Assembly (NCBI RefSeq): GCF_009914755.1
Contig: NC_060935.1
Origin: the human T2T-CHM13v2.0 reference genome, Homo sapiens
Strand: one strand, 5' to 3'
Length of the DNA stretch: 64,000 bases
Below, in pieces: positions 44,228 through 59,884 of this stretch (its first letter is position 1; each line of letters starts with the position of its first letter). The notes under the pieces were generated by a model. That model saw only the letters and a list, made by a program, of their open reading frames with translations, had not been told where the DNA came from and did not search any database. The translations under genes and the position numbers were made by a program.

Positions 44228-44430
44228 CAGCAAATTTCCTGTAATAGGCCAAATAGTAAATATTTAGGCTATGTGGACTATATAGTCTACTGCCGACTCT
44301 GTCATTGTATCATGAAAGCAGCCATAGACTATATGTAAATGAATGGGTGTGGCTGAGCTTCAGTAAAACTTTATTTGCCAAAAGTCTGTGATCCTGGTTT
44401 AGCCCCTTGGCTGGAGTTTGCTGATCCCTG
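44228..44430. mobile_element. MER58A-type hAT MITE
   Basis: aaatagtaaatatttaggct...gaaagcagccatagac...gtttgctgatccctg. Confidence 0.75.
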
Positions 44431-45094
44431 CATTGAAGGAAAATCTGAGGTGAAAACTCTTAGCTTACTAATAGCTATCTTTTGTCAACTCCATTTATAT
44501 GGTTGATTATAATATTCCTGTCATTCTTGGTAATATTTGATACATATATTTGAAAGAAATGCATGAGTCACCTGAGAGGAAGGAGGTTGAGAAGTCAGAC
44601 ATATGGCCTGATGAACTGAAATGGAACTTTAAAAATCATCTAGCACAATCACTTTCCCTCAGATAAGTAAATGATTATATAATCCAGAGTAGCGATCTTC
44701 TCTTGGAAATCTTTAGGGTTAAGAATTTGTGATCTTCAGGTTTGAGTGAATAGCCCACTTGGACTTAGTTCTCTGTGGAGAAACAGGCTTGAAGCAGTGG
44801 GAGTCTGCAGCTAACCTCCCGTCACTTGCAGGGTCAAAGGTGGATTCACGAACCTCGAGCTGGCAGTGAGTTATGGGCAAGCCAGGCCTCAGCCACTCAC
44901 AGGGCCTCAGTTTTCCCATCTGCACAGGGAGAAGGGAAGGTTCAGTGGCCCTGTGAGCTTTGCTAGCAGGTGGTGATGGGGTGGGTCATCTGAATCTGAG
45001 TCAGGTGGAATCTTCCCCAACCTGGGCTTTGGTTTCATTTTGTTGTTATCCTTTAACCTTACCTGCTTTCCAAGAGAGATTTTATGTTTTCTTG

Positions 45095-45352
45095 GTTTTT
45101 TTTTTTTTTTTGTTTGTTTGTTTTTAGGGTAGGGTCTTGTAGAATGCAATGGTGCAATTATAGCTCACTACAGCCTCCAACTTCTGGGTTCAAGTGATCC
45201 TCCCACCTTGTTTTTTGTTTTTTGTTTTGTCTTGTTTTTTTGGTAGAGACAGGGTTTTGCTGTGTTCCCCAGGCTGCTGTCAAACTCCTGGGCTCACCCA
45301 TCTCAGCCTCCTAAAGCGCTGGGATTACAGGCACGAGCCACTATACCTGGCC
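45095..45352 (-). mobile_element. Degenerate AluJ
   Basis: antisense Alu pieces with polyT. Confidence 0.8.
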
Positions 45353-46573
45353 AAGATTTTATATTTTCTAATTGCTTCACATACTGAATGGAAAATAGCA
45401 TGACAGTTATAACAGAAGTAAAGAAAGTCACATGAGAGTCCACCACCTAAAATATAACTTCCTTTTTCTTTGTTCTGGCCTGGTTTGGGCCGTATGTATT
45501 TGTTATTGTATCTCTTAAAAAAAAAAAAAAAAAGAGAGAGACTGCTTGAACTGAATGAAATTTTTTTAAAAAAGGAATTAAAAAAAGAATTTATGATCTT
45601 CTGCATCAGATTATTCCACAGTAAAGTAGACTAGAAATAAGAGATAGTTGTTTGTGATCAATCAGAATCACTACTGTTTTATTTAATTCTGTTTCTCTGT
45701 ATTGGGTGGATGGACATCTTCAAAAGAAATTTAATAAACTAACTTTTTTCTTGGCCTTTTTACTGCTATGTTAAGCAACTATGAAATTTTTTAAACTTTT
45801 TCATCAGAGTACCAGTGCTCCAAATGGTCACTTTGATCAGCGTTCTTTAGTTTAAAAGAGTGCAGTGATCAAAATTAGATCCCCATACTTGAATAAACTT
45901 GACCACTTATTTAATGAGAATGTGATTTATAAATTGTTATGTGCTGCATAAATATGGTTTATGTTAATGAGTTTATGCCTGATGTCCATTGAGGTGTATA
46001 AAAACATTTCTTTAGCTTTCTAGGTTATATTTTTTGCTCATTCCAGTATAAATTTTACTTAAAAAATTAAATCCTGGGATTCTAGCAATAAATTACTTAC
46101 CCAATAGTAAGGGCATAGCTAAAAACTTAAAGTAAAGCATAAAAACCTCTGCATATCCAAAACTGATGTAAATTTGACATCACATCTGTAAAGCCTGGGT
46201 GTATGTAACAGAGTTCCTGCATGTCCTACTTTCTAATGTGTATTCTGGATATAATAAAAGTGATATCAAATCAGAGCAGTTTAGAAACAGCTAAAGAAAG
46301 GAAGGGAAAAGCTAGGAAGCTATTAAAACCAAATACATAGGCAAGTGAGATATAATAGATGACTTTCTGATAGAGAGCAATAAGATTGAAGAGCCTTAGA
46401 AAGTGTTTATATGTAAAATTCCTCCAAATTATAACACTTGTGAGTATTATACATAGCAAAACTAGTTTTTAGAACACCAAAACACTGTGAAATAATTGAT
46501 AATGATTTCCATGGGAGGGTTAAATTGGGAGACAAGTGTGAAATACATTTAAAAGTTCTATTGAAATATCTAA

Positions 46574-46931
<358 letters not shown>

Positions 46932-47176
46932 TGATTATGGTGATTTTTGCTGTCTAGATTCCCGCCCCCCGCAATATGTCTACTGAATTCCTGTCCATTC
47001 CTCCAAATATTTTCTACTAAAATTTACTACTTATTATTGATTGTGTTTTTCCCTGTTATTGTGGAATATTTTTTGGTCATACTCATTTTGTAAAGTTAAT
47101 TTAAAATTGCATTTTATGTTCTAGCATATTCACTAAACCCTGCCTAGTTAGTGTCATCTTAAAATATGAAGATCTA

Positions 47177-47440
47177 GGCCAGGTGCTGTGTCTCACACCT
47201 CTAATCCTAGCACCTTGGGAGGCCAAGGCGGGTGGATCGCTTGAGCTCAGGAGTTTAAGACCAGCCTGGGCAACATGGCGAAACCCTATCTTTAAAAAAA
47301 AAAAACATTGCAGCTACTTGTGGGGGCTGAGGAGGGAGGATTGCTTGAACCCAGGAAGTCGAGGCTGCAGTGAGCTGAGATCGTGCCGCGGCACTCCAGC
47401 CTGGGTGACAAAGTGAGACCCTAATTAAAAAAAAAAAAGA
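47177..47440 (+). mobile_element. AluJ (inverted relative to the Alu 250 bp upstream)
   Basis: Alu dimer with polyA. Confidence 0.88.
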
Positions 47441-47824
47441 AGATTTAAAAAATTTACATTTAAGAAATTAATTAAACATAGCCACTAATAGATGGTTGAT
47501 TTTAACACTCCTCTAAATAAAGAAAATATATAATATATTCTTGGAGTTATAAATTTTATTTGCTTTTAAGTAATATCTGATCTTACTAGTAGTAACTTGC
47601 TATCTGAAAACGGCATCATTCTTTTGGATTTTTAGGGCAGTCATAAAAGAGAAATGACAAATTAGTTTTTTTTTCTGTGGAGACATGATGTAGCAGATGA
47701 TGGGACTGTCTTACATAACTGGATCTTTTAGAACTATCGAAGATTAAGTAGTAAAATGGTATAAAAAGTTTCTTGACAATGTTATTTTCCCTTCCCTTCC
47801 CTTTTTCCGTCTCCCCACCCCAAG

Positions 47825-48003
47825 CTGGTTCCTATGTAGCTCTCACTGTTCAGGGACGCCCACCTGGGTCGCCCCAGATTCCACTTGCCGACTCTGAAGT
47901 AGAGCCGTCAGTCATTGGACATATGTCTCCCATCATGACATCTCCTCATTCACCTGGAGCATCTGGGAATATGGAGAGAATCACTAGTCCTGTGCTCATG
48001 GGG
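47825..48003 (+). CDS. ARHGEF12: ARHGEF12 exon 8, 179 nt, (S)GSYVALTVQGRPPGSP...TSPVLMG
   Basis: C-rich tract, caag|CTGGTT...ATGGGG|gtaaga; overlaps ORF 47773..48030. Confidence 0.96.
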
Positions 48004-49195
48004 GTAAGAATGGGGAAATTTCTTAGTTAAATGCTCAGTCTTATAAGGATGTGTTTACTTTATATGGAGAGTTTTCAAGTATTCGGCTGATGAACTAATT
48101 AAATTTAAGATTTTAGAAAATGATTTACTAATATAAAAATTACATAATAGGAATGATTAGAATATTGTCATAGCAGATTTAATTTAACAAGTATTAGACA
48201 CCTGCCATATGTAAAACAGTGTGCCACCCACAGAAATATAGTTAAGGTACTCTATGTTCAAGATTATAGTCATCTTAGAATGTGTACTTTTAGGAGGGCG
48301 GGGATTTTTGTTTATTTTGTTTACTGTTACGTTTCCAGTACCTGAAATATTGCTTAGCATGTAGAAGGTGCTTAACAAAGCTTTGTTGATTGAGATTAAG
48401 TCAAGAGTATACAAGTAACTATAATACAAGGCAGAATGTAGACATTATGAGGGCAAAAAAAATGCTAAGTTCTATGAGGATTCAAAGGAGGGAGAAAGCA
48501 CATAGAAGAAGAACAATAAATAGAAGGAGCCAAAAAAGCATCAAATATTGTGGAGAAGTAGCTAGGATTTTTGGTTGGTTGGTGCCTGTTAAGGATGTGC
48601 ATAGTGGGAGATGAACTTGAAAATAGTAGGTTGACTATATATTTTGAAAAGTCACATCTCCCAAGCTAATTTACATGTAACTAGATAAGCAGTAAGAATC
48701 CATTCAATGTTGTTTCTTTTTAAGCAAAAGAGTACATGATTATCCTAGGATTATAGGAAGACTAATTTGGTAAAATATTATAGGGTTGTGAAACAAGGAG
48801 GGATGATGGGTGATGAATTAGGGAGCTGTCTTCATATTTCAGGTAAGAGGTACTGGGAGTTTGAGCTATGCATGGGGATCGATAGTAAAGATCCAAATGA
48901 GGGAAAGTAAAAGATACTATTCTTATACTAAGACAACTTCATTTCTCCAATATCAATATTTAGTGTTCTCTTGAATCCAGTTTAGTAAAAATGAAATAGA
49001 AGGGCAGACATTTCCTTGTAGTTTCTTGTAAGTGTCATGTCTGAAAGCCTGTCCACATAACCCGGAAGTAAAAACCTAATAGGTATTGATAATTGGAGCC
49101 GAGGCAGAACTTTGTATGCCACATTTTCTCTATTTATTTTAGCTTCATTTTGTCTATACTGGTTGTTGTTTGTTTTTTATCTTTTTCTTTTCTAG

Positions 49196-49273
49196 GAGGA
49201 AAACAATGTGGTTCATAACCAGAAAGTAGAAATTCTGAGAAAAATGTTACAGAAAGAACAGGAACGGCTACAG
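49196..49273 (+). CDS. ARHGEF12: ARHGEF12 exon 9, 78 nt, EENNVVHNQKVEILRKMLQKEQERLQ
   Basis: ttctag|GAGGAA...CTACAG|gtatta. Confidence 0.95.
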
Positions 49274-49467
49274 GTATTAAATGAGAAGTAGGGCTGTTTA
49301 CAGGCCAATAAAAATGTGAGTGGGCATGGTTGAGTTGGTGTTTATCAGTCACAATCAAGCAGCATTGTAACCAATGCCATTAGTTATATTATTGATTAAG
49401 AATGGACTATTTCTGTATCTTTTTTACATAAGTAATTAATTCTGAAAATATTTTTATAACTTTTCAG

Positions 49468-49587
49468 TTATTGCAGGAAGATTACAACCGAACACCTGCC
49501 CAAAGATTGCTAAAAGAGATCCAAGAGGCCAAGAAACACATTCCTCAGCTGCAAGAGCAGTTATCCAAAGCCACAGGCTCTGCTCAG
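49468..49587 (+). CDS. ARHGEF12: ARHGEF12 exon 10, 120 nt, LLQEDYNRTPAQRLLKEIQEAKKHIPQLQEQLSKATGSAQ (coiled coil)
   Basis: tttcag|TTATTG...GCTCAG|gtagca; overlaps ORF 49471..49692. Confidence 0.95.
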
Positions 49588-50615
49588 GTAGCATCACTAT
49601 TACAAGTGCTACCCAACTTTTTGCAGGAGAATTTTCTTCTGGGAATGTGTCAGAGAATGTTGCAGTTGCCTTTTTTAAAGTTATTTTTCTAGCGTAGGAC
49701 AACAGGATGTCCTGTTAAGGATGTTACAGAAGTAATGATTAACAAAAATAAATGTGGGCGTCTGATTGTTTGCTTGCTCATGAGATCACATTTCTTTGTT
49801 CCATAATAATTTAAAAAAGAATTGAGTGCTTTTGCTTTGATGTGACAAACTACTAAAATGTATTTAGATATATATATATATTTATATTTTTTGTGGTTCA
49901 TTCTGCCATCTTAAAACAGAATGGCAGTTGATATGTTTTTAAATAGGAATTTAAGAATTTACAACAACAGGCATTGAGCTAAATATATGGACAAGCATTT
50001 TCTTATTTAATCTGCATAACATCTCTGAGGTTACTTATGGTTGTTTTCCTCCAGTTTACATATATACTTAGAGAGAGTTAGAGAGATTAAATGACTTGTC
50101 TGAGGTCATATAGCTGCAAAGTAATAGAACTGGAATTCAAACCCAGTCTGAGGATTTAAAAGCACATTCATACTCTTAATGACTATATTTTTATTGTAAT
50201 TTAAAAATAGATTTCAGTAGAATTTGCTGTATAGTTATAAGCTATAGAGATAATGGTCTCATAAGAAAAAAAAAGCTCAGCATTTATATGTTAACCAGAC
50301 TTACATTCTGTAATATTCAGATTTGGGATATGTAAAGCACCTTGTACTTCATCTTAAAGCAAAGTAGATAAATTGCCTATACATTTAAAATAGGTAAAAG
50401 CTGTTTTTTTGTCACTGTTCCCGAGTTAAATCTGAAGGGAAGGCTGCATATTCGCAAAAGAATTCTTTGAGATCATCTAGCCTAATCTGCTTACTTTCTG
50501 ATTTAAAAAAATTATGTTATAATTGAGAAACCTAGGGTCTAAACTGGTTAAATCACCTATACAAGGCCATACAGTATGTAAGGTCCCCTGACATCCTGGT
50601 TTAGTGTACTTTTCA

Positions 50616-51068
<453 letters not shown>

Positions 51069-51526
51069 TTATAACCTGATCTAAATGCTTATAATAATTT
51101 ATGTTATAGTATTATGTCCTAGAATTGGCCATTGATTGACACTCTGAAGCATTGGAAGGTAGTTAACAAGAAACTATAGGGTAATAACCTTTATTAATGG
51201 GCAGACAATATAAATTATATAAATATAAATTACATAAATTAACAAACCATTTTATCTTTTTGCTATATTTAGAAGTTTGAACTTACATTCTTTTTACCAA
51301 AATATCACTTGCCCTGTCTTTAAGGTCATGACATTTTAGAATACCGGAATTAGTAGTTATTTATGGATTTTACTCGTAGAATTTTAAACATACTTGAGCA
51401 TATCAGAATGTCCAACTTTTAGTAGTCTCCATGTAGATTGTAGTACCACTATTTCTTTATGCAGCAAGTAATGAAAGTTTTCTTTTATGTGTTTGTGTGC
51501 GCGTGTTTTTCTTTCATCTGTTTTAG

Positions 51527-51667
51527 GATGGAGCTGTAGTTACACCCTCCAGACCTTTAGGGGACACCCTAACAGTCAGTGAGGCAGAAACAGATCCTGG
51601 AGATGTACTGGGCAGGACTGACTGTAGCAGTGGAGATGCTTCTCGGCCCAGTAGTGACAATGCAGAT
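51527..51667 (+). CDS. ARHGEF12: ARHGEF12 exon 11, 141 nt, DGAVVTPSRP...RPSSDNAD
   Basis: ttttag|GATGGA...GCAGAT|gtaagc. Confidence 0.95.
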
Positions 51668-53429
51668 GTAAGCTTTCAGTTTTCTAAATCTTTTTTCTTC
51701 TGTATTCTTCTTTACAGCCCCTTTCTAGATTTGATTTTAAGTGATGTGAATTAGAGGTGTCTTAGCACTTTTTACCATCCCCATTTTTAATGTACCAATT
51801 TGATAAACAGAAATCTGGTTACTGTTATATATAAGCTTTTAATTCCAGAGTTCACTTTTTCCCTTGAACACCCATTGCCAACTGTTTCTTTTACAGGGAT
51901 GGAATTTCCCAGCAGGCATCTTGTTCGTGGGTAGAGAAGTTACTAATGCCAGTGCATTTTTACTGAACCGAGAGACCAACTGTTGATATCTTTAAGAGCA
52001 TGTTAATATTCCATTTGTGGTCAGAGTGACTCAGTCTTGAATCATGGGGCACTTTGCCATTACCAAGAGGAAAAACCTCAGTCCTGTTAGATAGGCTTCA
52101 GTTAATAGCCCAGGTTTAGTGACAGCACTTTCTTGATTAACCCAGAAACTGCCAGATGAACATGACTATCTGTTAAGATGATAATAAAACATTTTAAGCT
52201 GAATATGATGTAACACCATAGACATATGAATACCTAAAAGCTAAGTTCAGTATTACTTACCCAGCAATACTTTGTAAATTGTATGCAGTGGTAGGAATAA
52301 TGACTTAAATGTAGATCACCCTCTTTAAAAGTGATGAGGGAAGAAGTCTGAACGAATGTTTTGTAATTGTGGGTCATGAAATCAATTTTGTGGGTTGTAT
52401 TTCTTTTTTAAAAAAAGAATAGGAAATACAGTGCTTTGCATATAGAAGAGGTGTCACTTCTTGGGACTTTTGTTACATATACACACATCTACTATTTAAC
52501 AATGTGAAGTTTCTCTCTTATTGAAGGTTGTTGTTGGGGGATTGTTTTGTTTTGTTGTTTTTTAAAAAGGAAGCCGTGGTCTAAGCCATCATTCAGGCTA
52601 TCTCTTGAGGCTTAGGCCCAATGACCCAGTTCCTCATGCAAAAAACAAACTGAGGATTTGTGGGTTTTTTGTTTTGTTTTGTTTTGTTTTTTAAGGTAGT
52701 GATAGGAGTCTTGTGATTGGGTTAGCTAAAGGTTTTAATGGAAAATTTCAATTTGGGCTCAAGGAAAAAATGGTAGTCACTAATATTTGTTGGGTATATG
52801 TCCCATACACGGTGATAAGGTTTTATGTTCCTTAGTTAATTCTCAAAACAGCCTTATGAAGTAGTACTGTTGTTACTGTAACTTTACAAAAGAAAAAATT
52901 GAGGCCAAAGGGAGTTAACTAACTTTCCAAACTTATTCAGGCAATAGGTGATCTACTTCCACCTAGCTCCAAAATACCAGTAATCGAAATATAAACAAAA
53001 GCACTGAGGTTTGAAAATGCGTAACATTTTGAGAGAGCAGTGAGAATTTTAGGGCAACCTGGCATATTAGGGTTATAGATGGAATGGCTAGAGATTATCT
53101 TAGAAGCCAAATCATGAATCCAGGTTATAAAGGGCTTCAACTTGTTCTAGCAGTACATACCGCTTTTGGGAATGCTTTTCGTACTCTTCTTTTTGTTTTA
53201 GTAATGCGTCTCCTCGCTGTTTTCATGGCTTGTCCCTACCATGAGATGGGAAGTTCCTTGAGAGCAGAGGGACTGTCTTGTCTGACTTTATGTTTCCAAA
53301 GTGTAGCAAATTGTAGGCATTCAGAGCAAATGATACGAATGAGAAATTTGAATTTTATCTTGTATTTAGAGGAATGTTACAATAAAACATGTGACTTAGA
53401 AATATAACCTTATAAAAGAGTGAATTGTT

Positions 53430-53772
<343 letters not shown>

Positions 53773-55253
53773 TTAAGACTGTTTGACATGTAATTGATAC
53801 TTAGTATTTGAATACATGAAATCAATGAATAAAGTGGGCTTTATCTTGCATGCAGAAGAGAGACACCATCAGAAACATATCTGTGGAAAATGATTTGGTG
53901 TAAAGAGGGAGATCTGTAAGAAAAGAAGACTGCTTGGCTTAATAGGAACTTTAACAAATGTGTGCTGAATGGATAATAGTTAGCATTTATTCAGTACCTA
54001 CTTTGTGCCAGAGGTTGTACCCAATGCTTTACAGATACTCTTTTTTAACACTCATAATAATCTTAAAAAAGCAGTATCACCATTTCATAGATGAGGAAAC
54101 TGAGGCCAAATAAATAAATGAATATTGTGGAAATCCGAGTGAGAAATGATAAAGTCCAAGCTAGGCTATCTTCTGAACACAGAACACACAGGTTTAATTT
54201 CTACAAGTGTCTGAGGCTAAAGATGTGTTGCTTTTAGCTTATGGATTTCCATGTTTGTTTCAATTTTAAGTATGGAGGACCCGGTCTGCTTTTGTTGTTG
54301 TTTTAACAGTACTTTGAGTCGCGGTTTTACATTTTATCTTTTGAATCAGTGCTTTTAACTTTTTTCATTGTCTTCTCATTTTTATAAAATAATTTCCTGG
54401 TGGTGTTTGTGAAAGTTCCCTGCTTTTGCTTACCTTGGAGAAGGCTTTAAAGAATGCCCTGATACCCAGTTCTCACAAGAGAAGCAACTTGGTAACAAAT
54501 CATCATCTGAAATTCAGAGCATCTATCATTTTGATTTTCAGTTTGTGAGTGATATTTTTGAAAAATTATTTATTTTGGAAAATTGTTAAACATATTCAAA
54601 AGTAAAGACTAACATAATCCTCCTCATGTCCCTGAGAACCTAGTCTCAGCAGTTTTGTTTGTACCCCCTATTCCTCACATCCTCCAAACACCAGATTAAA
54701 GTAAATCCAAGGCATTCGTTTATTAATATGTCTCTCTCTAAGAGATAAGAAGTTTTTAAAATATAGCTATAATATTCTTATTAAATCCTAAGAATTAATA
54801 TTTTCTCAATACACAATTTTATTACCTTGTTTTATAATGATCTTTTTACAGTTTATTTGATTCAGGATCCAGTCAAGGCTTTCATATTGCCATTGGTTAA
54901 TAAGTCATTTTAAGTCTTTATAATTTATAATAGTTTCCTTCTTTTTTTTCCTTGGCCATTTGTTGTTGTGGTTGTTGTTAAAGAAATTGAGTCAGATGTT
55001 CAGTAAAACAATCCATTTTCTAATTATATTTTCATGGTGTCGTATGACATGTTCCTTTATCTAAATTTTCTTAAAACTCCTAGTTAAATCTACAAGTCTT
55101 GATCACATTAGGTTTGATAGTTGTTATTTGGAATAATTCATAGATGATACTATGTACATCTCATTATATCACATGAGGATGTGAATGGCTGTCTTACTGT
55201 GGTTGTAAGCTTAAGGTGTTTAGGTGATATCAACATGATTTCCTTCATTATAA

Positions 55254-55571
<318 letters not shown>

Positions 55572-56289
55572 CCCAAGCTTTTGTGAAATGTTTTCACATG
55601 CCATTTATGATCAAAATGCCTAGATCCATTGTTTAATTCAGAGTTTCAAAAGGATATTATTATAATTTTGTCAGTATTTCTGTATTTATTACATGGAGTT
55701 ATGTTACAAAAAATGATTTCCCTTACTAGCTAATAGGTTACCCTAAAATACAGCTTATACAGAAAATGTAGGGTAAATACTTCTCTTGATTCTTTTCAGA
55801 AGAGTTTTTTCAGGAGAGATGATACTCTTACAAACTCCAAAGGTGACAAGTGGGAAGGGTATATGTGTGTAATATTTTGAACTCATAGATTTCAGTATGA
55901 GTTACTCTTTTCTTTTGTTGGTGGGAGCCCCCTCAAATTTTCTCCTGTGTTCTTTTGACATGCCCCTCCAATATCTTTGATAGCTTTCTTGCTTTTTGTG
56001 ACAGAATTATTCTAATCTTTTATATATCTTGTCCAAGACCTGAAAGTCATTCATTTCTCCAAGGTGGGGCATACATTTGAAAGTGCTGTTTTCTCTTGGT
56101 AACAGAAATATCTGTGATACCACCAAGATATCTTGCTATATGCATAGGTAAAATGTATCTTCCCTATTGGCACTCGTTAGGTCTCTGGTTCCTCATTTTC
56201 ATTGCTCTAAAGAATGTCTCCCGTTGCTTTGGGGTGTTCCTCATCTCCACAAAGTGAGTTTCTGTGTCTCATATAGTTCATATTTTATA

Positions 56290-56580
56290 CAGAAGTTCTC
56301 AGTATTTGTGGACAGCATCTGTGGATTCAGCCAACCATTTATCAAAATATTCAGGGATAGAAATGCATCTGTACTGAATATGCACAGACTTTTTTCCTAG
56401 TCATTATCCCCTAGACAATACAGTATAACAACTATTTATACAGCATTTATGCTGTATTAGGTATTATAAGTAATCTAGAGATGATTTAAAATATATAGAA
56501 GATTTGCGTATGCAAATACTATACCATTTTATATCAGGGACTTGAGCATCCATTCCCCCACAAACACTGAAGAACAACTG
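56290..56580. mobile_element. Tigger3a/MER7-type TcMar MITE
   Basis: cagtataacaactattt...gtattaggtattataagtaatctagagatgatttaaa; TA flanks. Confidence 0.8.
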
Positions 56581-57063
56581 TATTAGGTATTATACAATAC
56601 CATATAAATGTATTAAAATCCACCTTTCACATGAAGCGAGTAACAGAATAGTAGAAGCTTAATTGTACTCATAAGTAGGGCAAAATGCTTTTAGCTTGGA
56701 TAGAAAGGATAGTTTGAGAAGGTAAGGATTAAGGAAGATAAGAGAGTTTGATTTTGACATAATGAGTTTGAGGTATGCAGTATATCTAATTATTTGGTAG
56801 AAAAGTAACCTCCAGGCCTGGAGATTAGGTAAAATTGTTTTGTTGATTCTGTATTGTTTATCAATATAAAATTGAAAAGGTGAGAGAATAAGTGACTTGC
56901 CAAAGTAAGGAAAAAGTAGCAGAACCAAGCATTTTACGAAAGATATTTAGTAGTTGTAAATACAAATATGAAATTCAGAACAATTTTTTTTTCACACTTT
57001 TTTCCCTCATCTCCTTTTGGTGTGCCTATTGAAATGAACTGAAGATCTTGTTTTTTTCATTAG

Positions 57064-57138
57064 AGTCCCAAGAGTGGCCCAAAAGAGAGAATTTATCTAG
57101 AGGAAAACCCAGAGAAAAGTGAAACAATTCAGGACACT
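57064..57138 (+). CDS. ARHGEF12: ARHGEF12 exon 12, 75 nt, SPKSGPKERIYLEENPEKSETIQDT
   Basis: cattag|AGTCCC...GACACT|gtgagt. Confidence 0.95.
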
Positions 57139-57344
57139 GTGAGTATGAAATCCATGCAATGATAGTGCTGTCTTTGGCTTTCCTTATACTTAAAGTATGG
57201 TATAGACACATCTGATGTTTACATATTTTATTTTTTATTTTTTGGAAAAAAAATTAAAATTTATTAAAGAAACTTAATAAAGATTTGAATAAGTCAAGAG
57301 ATATTCCATGGTTTGTAAGTATTCTTAGGTTCCTTCATATTTGT

Positions 57345-57830
57345 CGTGGTGGTAACATAAAATGTACTAGTTTAACCATTTTTAAGTGTATAGTGGCATT
57401 AAGTATATTCACATTGTTGTGCGACCATCACTGCCAACCATCTTCTCCAACTGCAATTTGGTACCCGGTAAACACTAAGTCTACATTTCCCCCTTCCCCC
57501 TAGCCCCTGGCAGCCACCATTCTACTTTCTGTCTCTATGAATTTGACTACTTTAGATACTCATGTAAAAAGAATGATACAATGTTTATCCGTTCATGACT
57601 GGCTTCTCTCACTTAGCATATGTCTTCAGCTTTCATCCGTGTTGTAGCATGTGTCAGAATTTCCGTCCTTTTTGAGACCAAATAATATTCCATGACATGT
57701 ATATACACCACATTTTGTTTATCTGTCCGTTTGTCAGTGGGTACTTAGATTGCTTCCACTTTTTGCTATTGTGAATATGCTGCCTTGCCTTCAGTTTTTG
57801 TGGGTGTTCATCAAGAAGAAGAATTGTTTG
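57345..57830 (-). mobile_element. L1MB-type 3' UTR fragment
   Basis: cagccaccattctactttctgtctctatgaatttgactac. Confidence 0.8.
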
Positions 57831-58579
57831 ATCTTACGTATTCTTAATTGCATGCTTTTAAGCACTCTGATTTTATCTTCTAATTACATTTATTTACAGT
57901 TTTGTAGTAAAAGATACAACAGCATTTTGTCATCTTTTTATTGTTAGCAACATAAGGACTATTGAAAAATCAGAGACATCAAATCAGTTATAAAATCAAA
58001 ATTGTCTGACTACTGCTCGAAACTAATTTATGTTGTTTCACCTAATTTCTTTTTTTTAATTTTTTAATTTTTCCTTTTTTTAAAGAGGGAGTTTCGCCAT
58101 GTTGGCCAGGCTGTTCTCAAACTCCTGACCTCAGGTGATCCACCCGCCTCAGCCTCCCAAAGTGCTGGGATTATAGGCATGAGCCACAGTGCCCGGCCAG
58201 TTTCACCTGATTTTTTTTTGGAATATTAAAGCCTTGAGGTTAAAGAAAATAATAAGAGTTGTTAAAAGGCAGAATTGTGTTTAGGAGACTCAATATGTAG
58301 TGTTGCAACACTAGGAGGAAAAACTACAGGTACATATTATTCACTCAGTTTAAAACTTGCGGATCTGTTTATACAACTTCAGCTATAGCCACTATAACTG
58401 CTGTGCAAATGACTCTCAAATCATAGGCCTACCCTTCTTTGCTGAACTCCATCCAGATCTTGCAATGTTAAACTGCTGTTAGATTTAAGCCAAACTCATT
58501 TTTTTCCTATTTCTTCCAAAATTTTTATTCCCCAATCCTATATGGTCTTTAATTTTAGTACTTATGGTCTTCAGACATC

Positions 58580-58906
58580 CTGTATGTATGTATGTATTTA
58601 TGTATGCATGTATTTATGTATGTATATATGTATGAATGAGACAGAGTCTTACTCTGTTGCCCAAGCTGCAGTACAGAGGTTAACTGTAACCTCAAACTCC
58701 TGGGCTCAAACTGTGTACCCACTTTGGCCTCCCAAGTAGCTAAGACTATAGACACACGCCACCACGCCTGGCTAATTTATTTTGGTTTTTTTAGAGATGG
58801 GTCTTGTTGTTTTTCCCAGGCTGGTTTCAAACTCCTGGCCTCAAGTGATCCTCCCTCCTTGACCTCCCAAAGTGCTGCGATTACAGGCCTGAGCTACTGT
58901 GCCCAG
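58580..58906 (-). mobile_element. AluJ with (TATG)n-derived tail
   Basis: antisense Alu preceded by tgtatgtatg repeats. Confidence 0.85.
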
Positions 58907-59103
58907 CACCCATGTTTATTATTTTATATATTAATGCCTCTGTACTGCCGTTTTTGTGCTGAATCTAACTTTGTGAGTTGACAAATGGAGGAGCTATTGC
59001 ATGGGAAACTATCTGACAATCTACAATTTATTCTTAGAATTTTGTTATCTTTGTTTCTATAGCAGTGTTTGTGAGATTACTTGATGATTTTAGAGCATTG
59101 TAT

Positions 59104-59296
59104 CAGTGATTTTTCAATCAAGAGTGATTATGCCTCCGTGGACATTTGACAAATGTCTGGAAACGCTGCAGCTGGCATCTGGTGGGTGCATAGAGGTCAG
59201 GGGTGCTGCTAAGTGTCTTAGAATGCACGGGCTAGACCCTACAGCCAAGAACTCTCTGGCGCAAAATGTCAACAGTGCCGCAGTTGAGAAACCCTG
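59104..59296. mobile_element. MER20-type hAT MITE
   Basis: cagtgatttttcaa...aaaatgtcaacagtgccgcagttgagaaaccctg. Confidence 0.8.
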
Positions 59297-59884
59297 CATT
59301 ATACATTTATGAAAATTAATTAAAAATGAAAACATAGAGTTCGATGATAGCCTTCAATTATGTATCATTAATGGAAATCTTGGGTTAGTACTTCTCAGGT
59401 ATATTAGCCTCTCTGCTAACTTTGTCTTACCATTTCTGCTCTTATTTTTCCTTTCTCCTATTGTCTTCATTCACTTTTTCTTTAATTTTTTAATTGTAAC
59501 CATTTATGTAAGCCAACTTTATTTTTTTCTGTAAGAAGTTTTAAGTATGTATGAATTAATAAAAGAATGTACAGAAGTGTACAGAAAGTGTTAAAGTCAG
59601 ATAACCAAGTGTATAGTGAGCAAAGGATATTTACTGTTTCCAAGGGGAGTGGTTTTTTCCCCCCAAAAAAAACTCGTTGTTGTGGTCTTTTTCTCTGCCA
59701 GAGTGGTACATGGCCTTGAAAATTTGTGAACCCCTACTTTGAAAATAAAGTACTTCAAAGGAAATAAACAAAAAGAAATCTCACCATTTAAGTGAACCAT
59801 GTCTTTTTGATGGGTTGGCTTTATTCTTTTTCTAAATTTGACCACCAGGTAATTTTTCTGTTTCTTTTCCCTGAATGTTGCCAG

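Noticed and set aside
51897-51930. Cryptic exon in intron 11 (ttttacag|GGATGG)
   Set aside because: Only a weak donor (TGG|gtagag) and frameshifting; no further support
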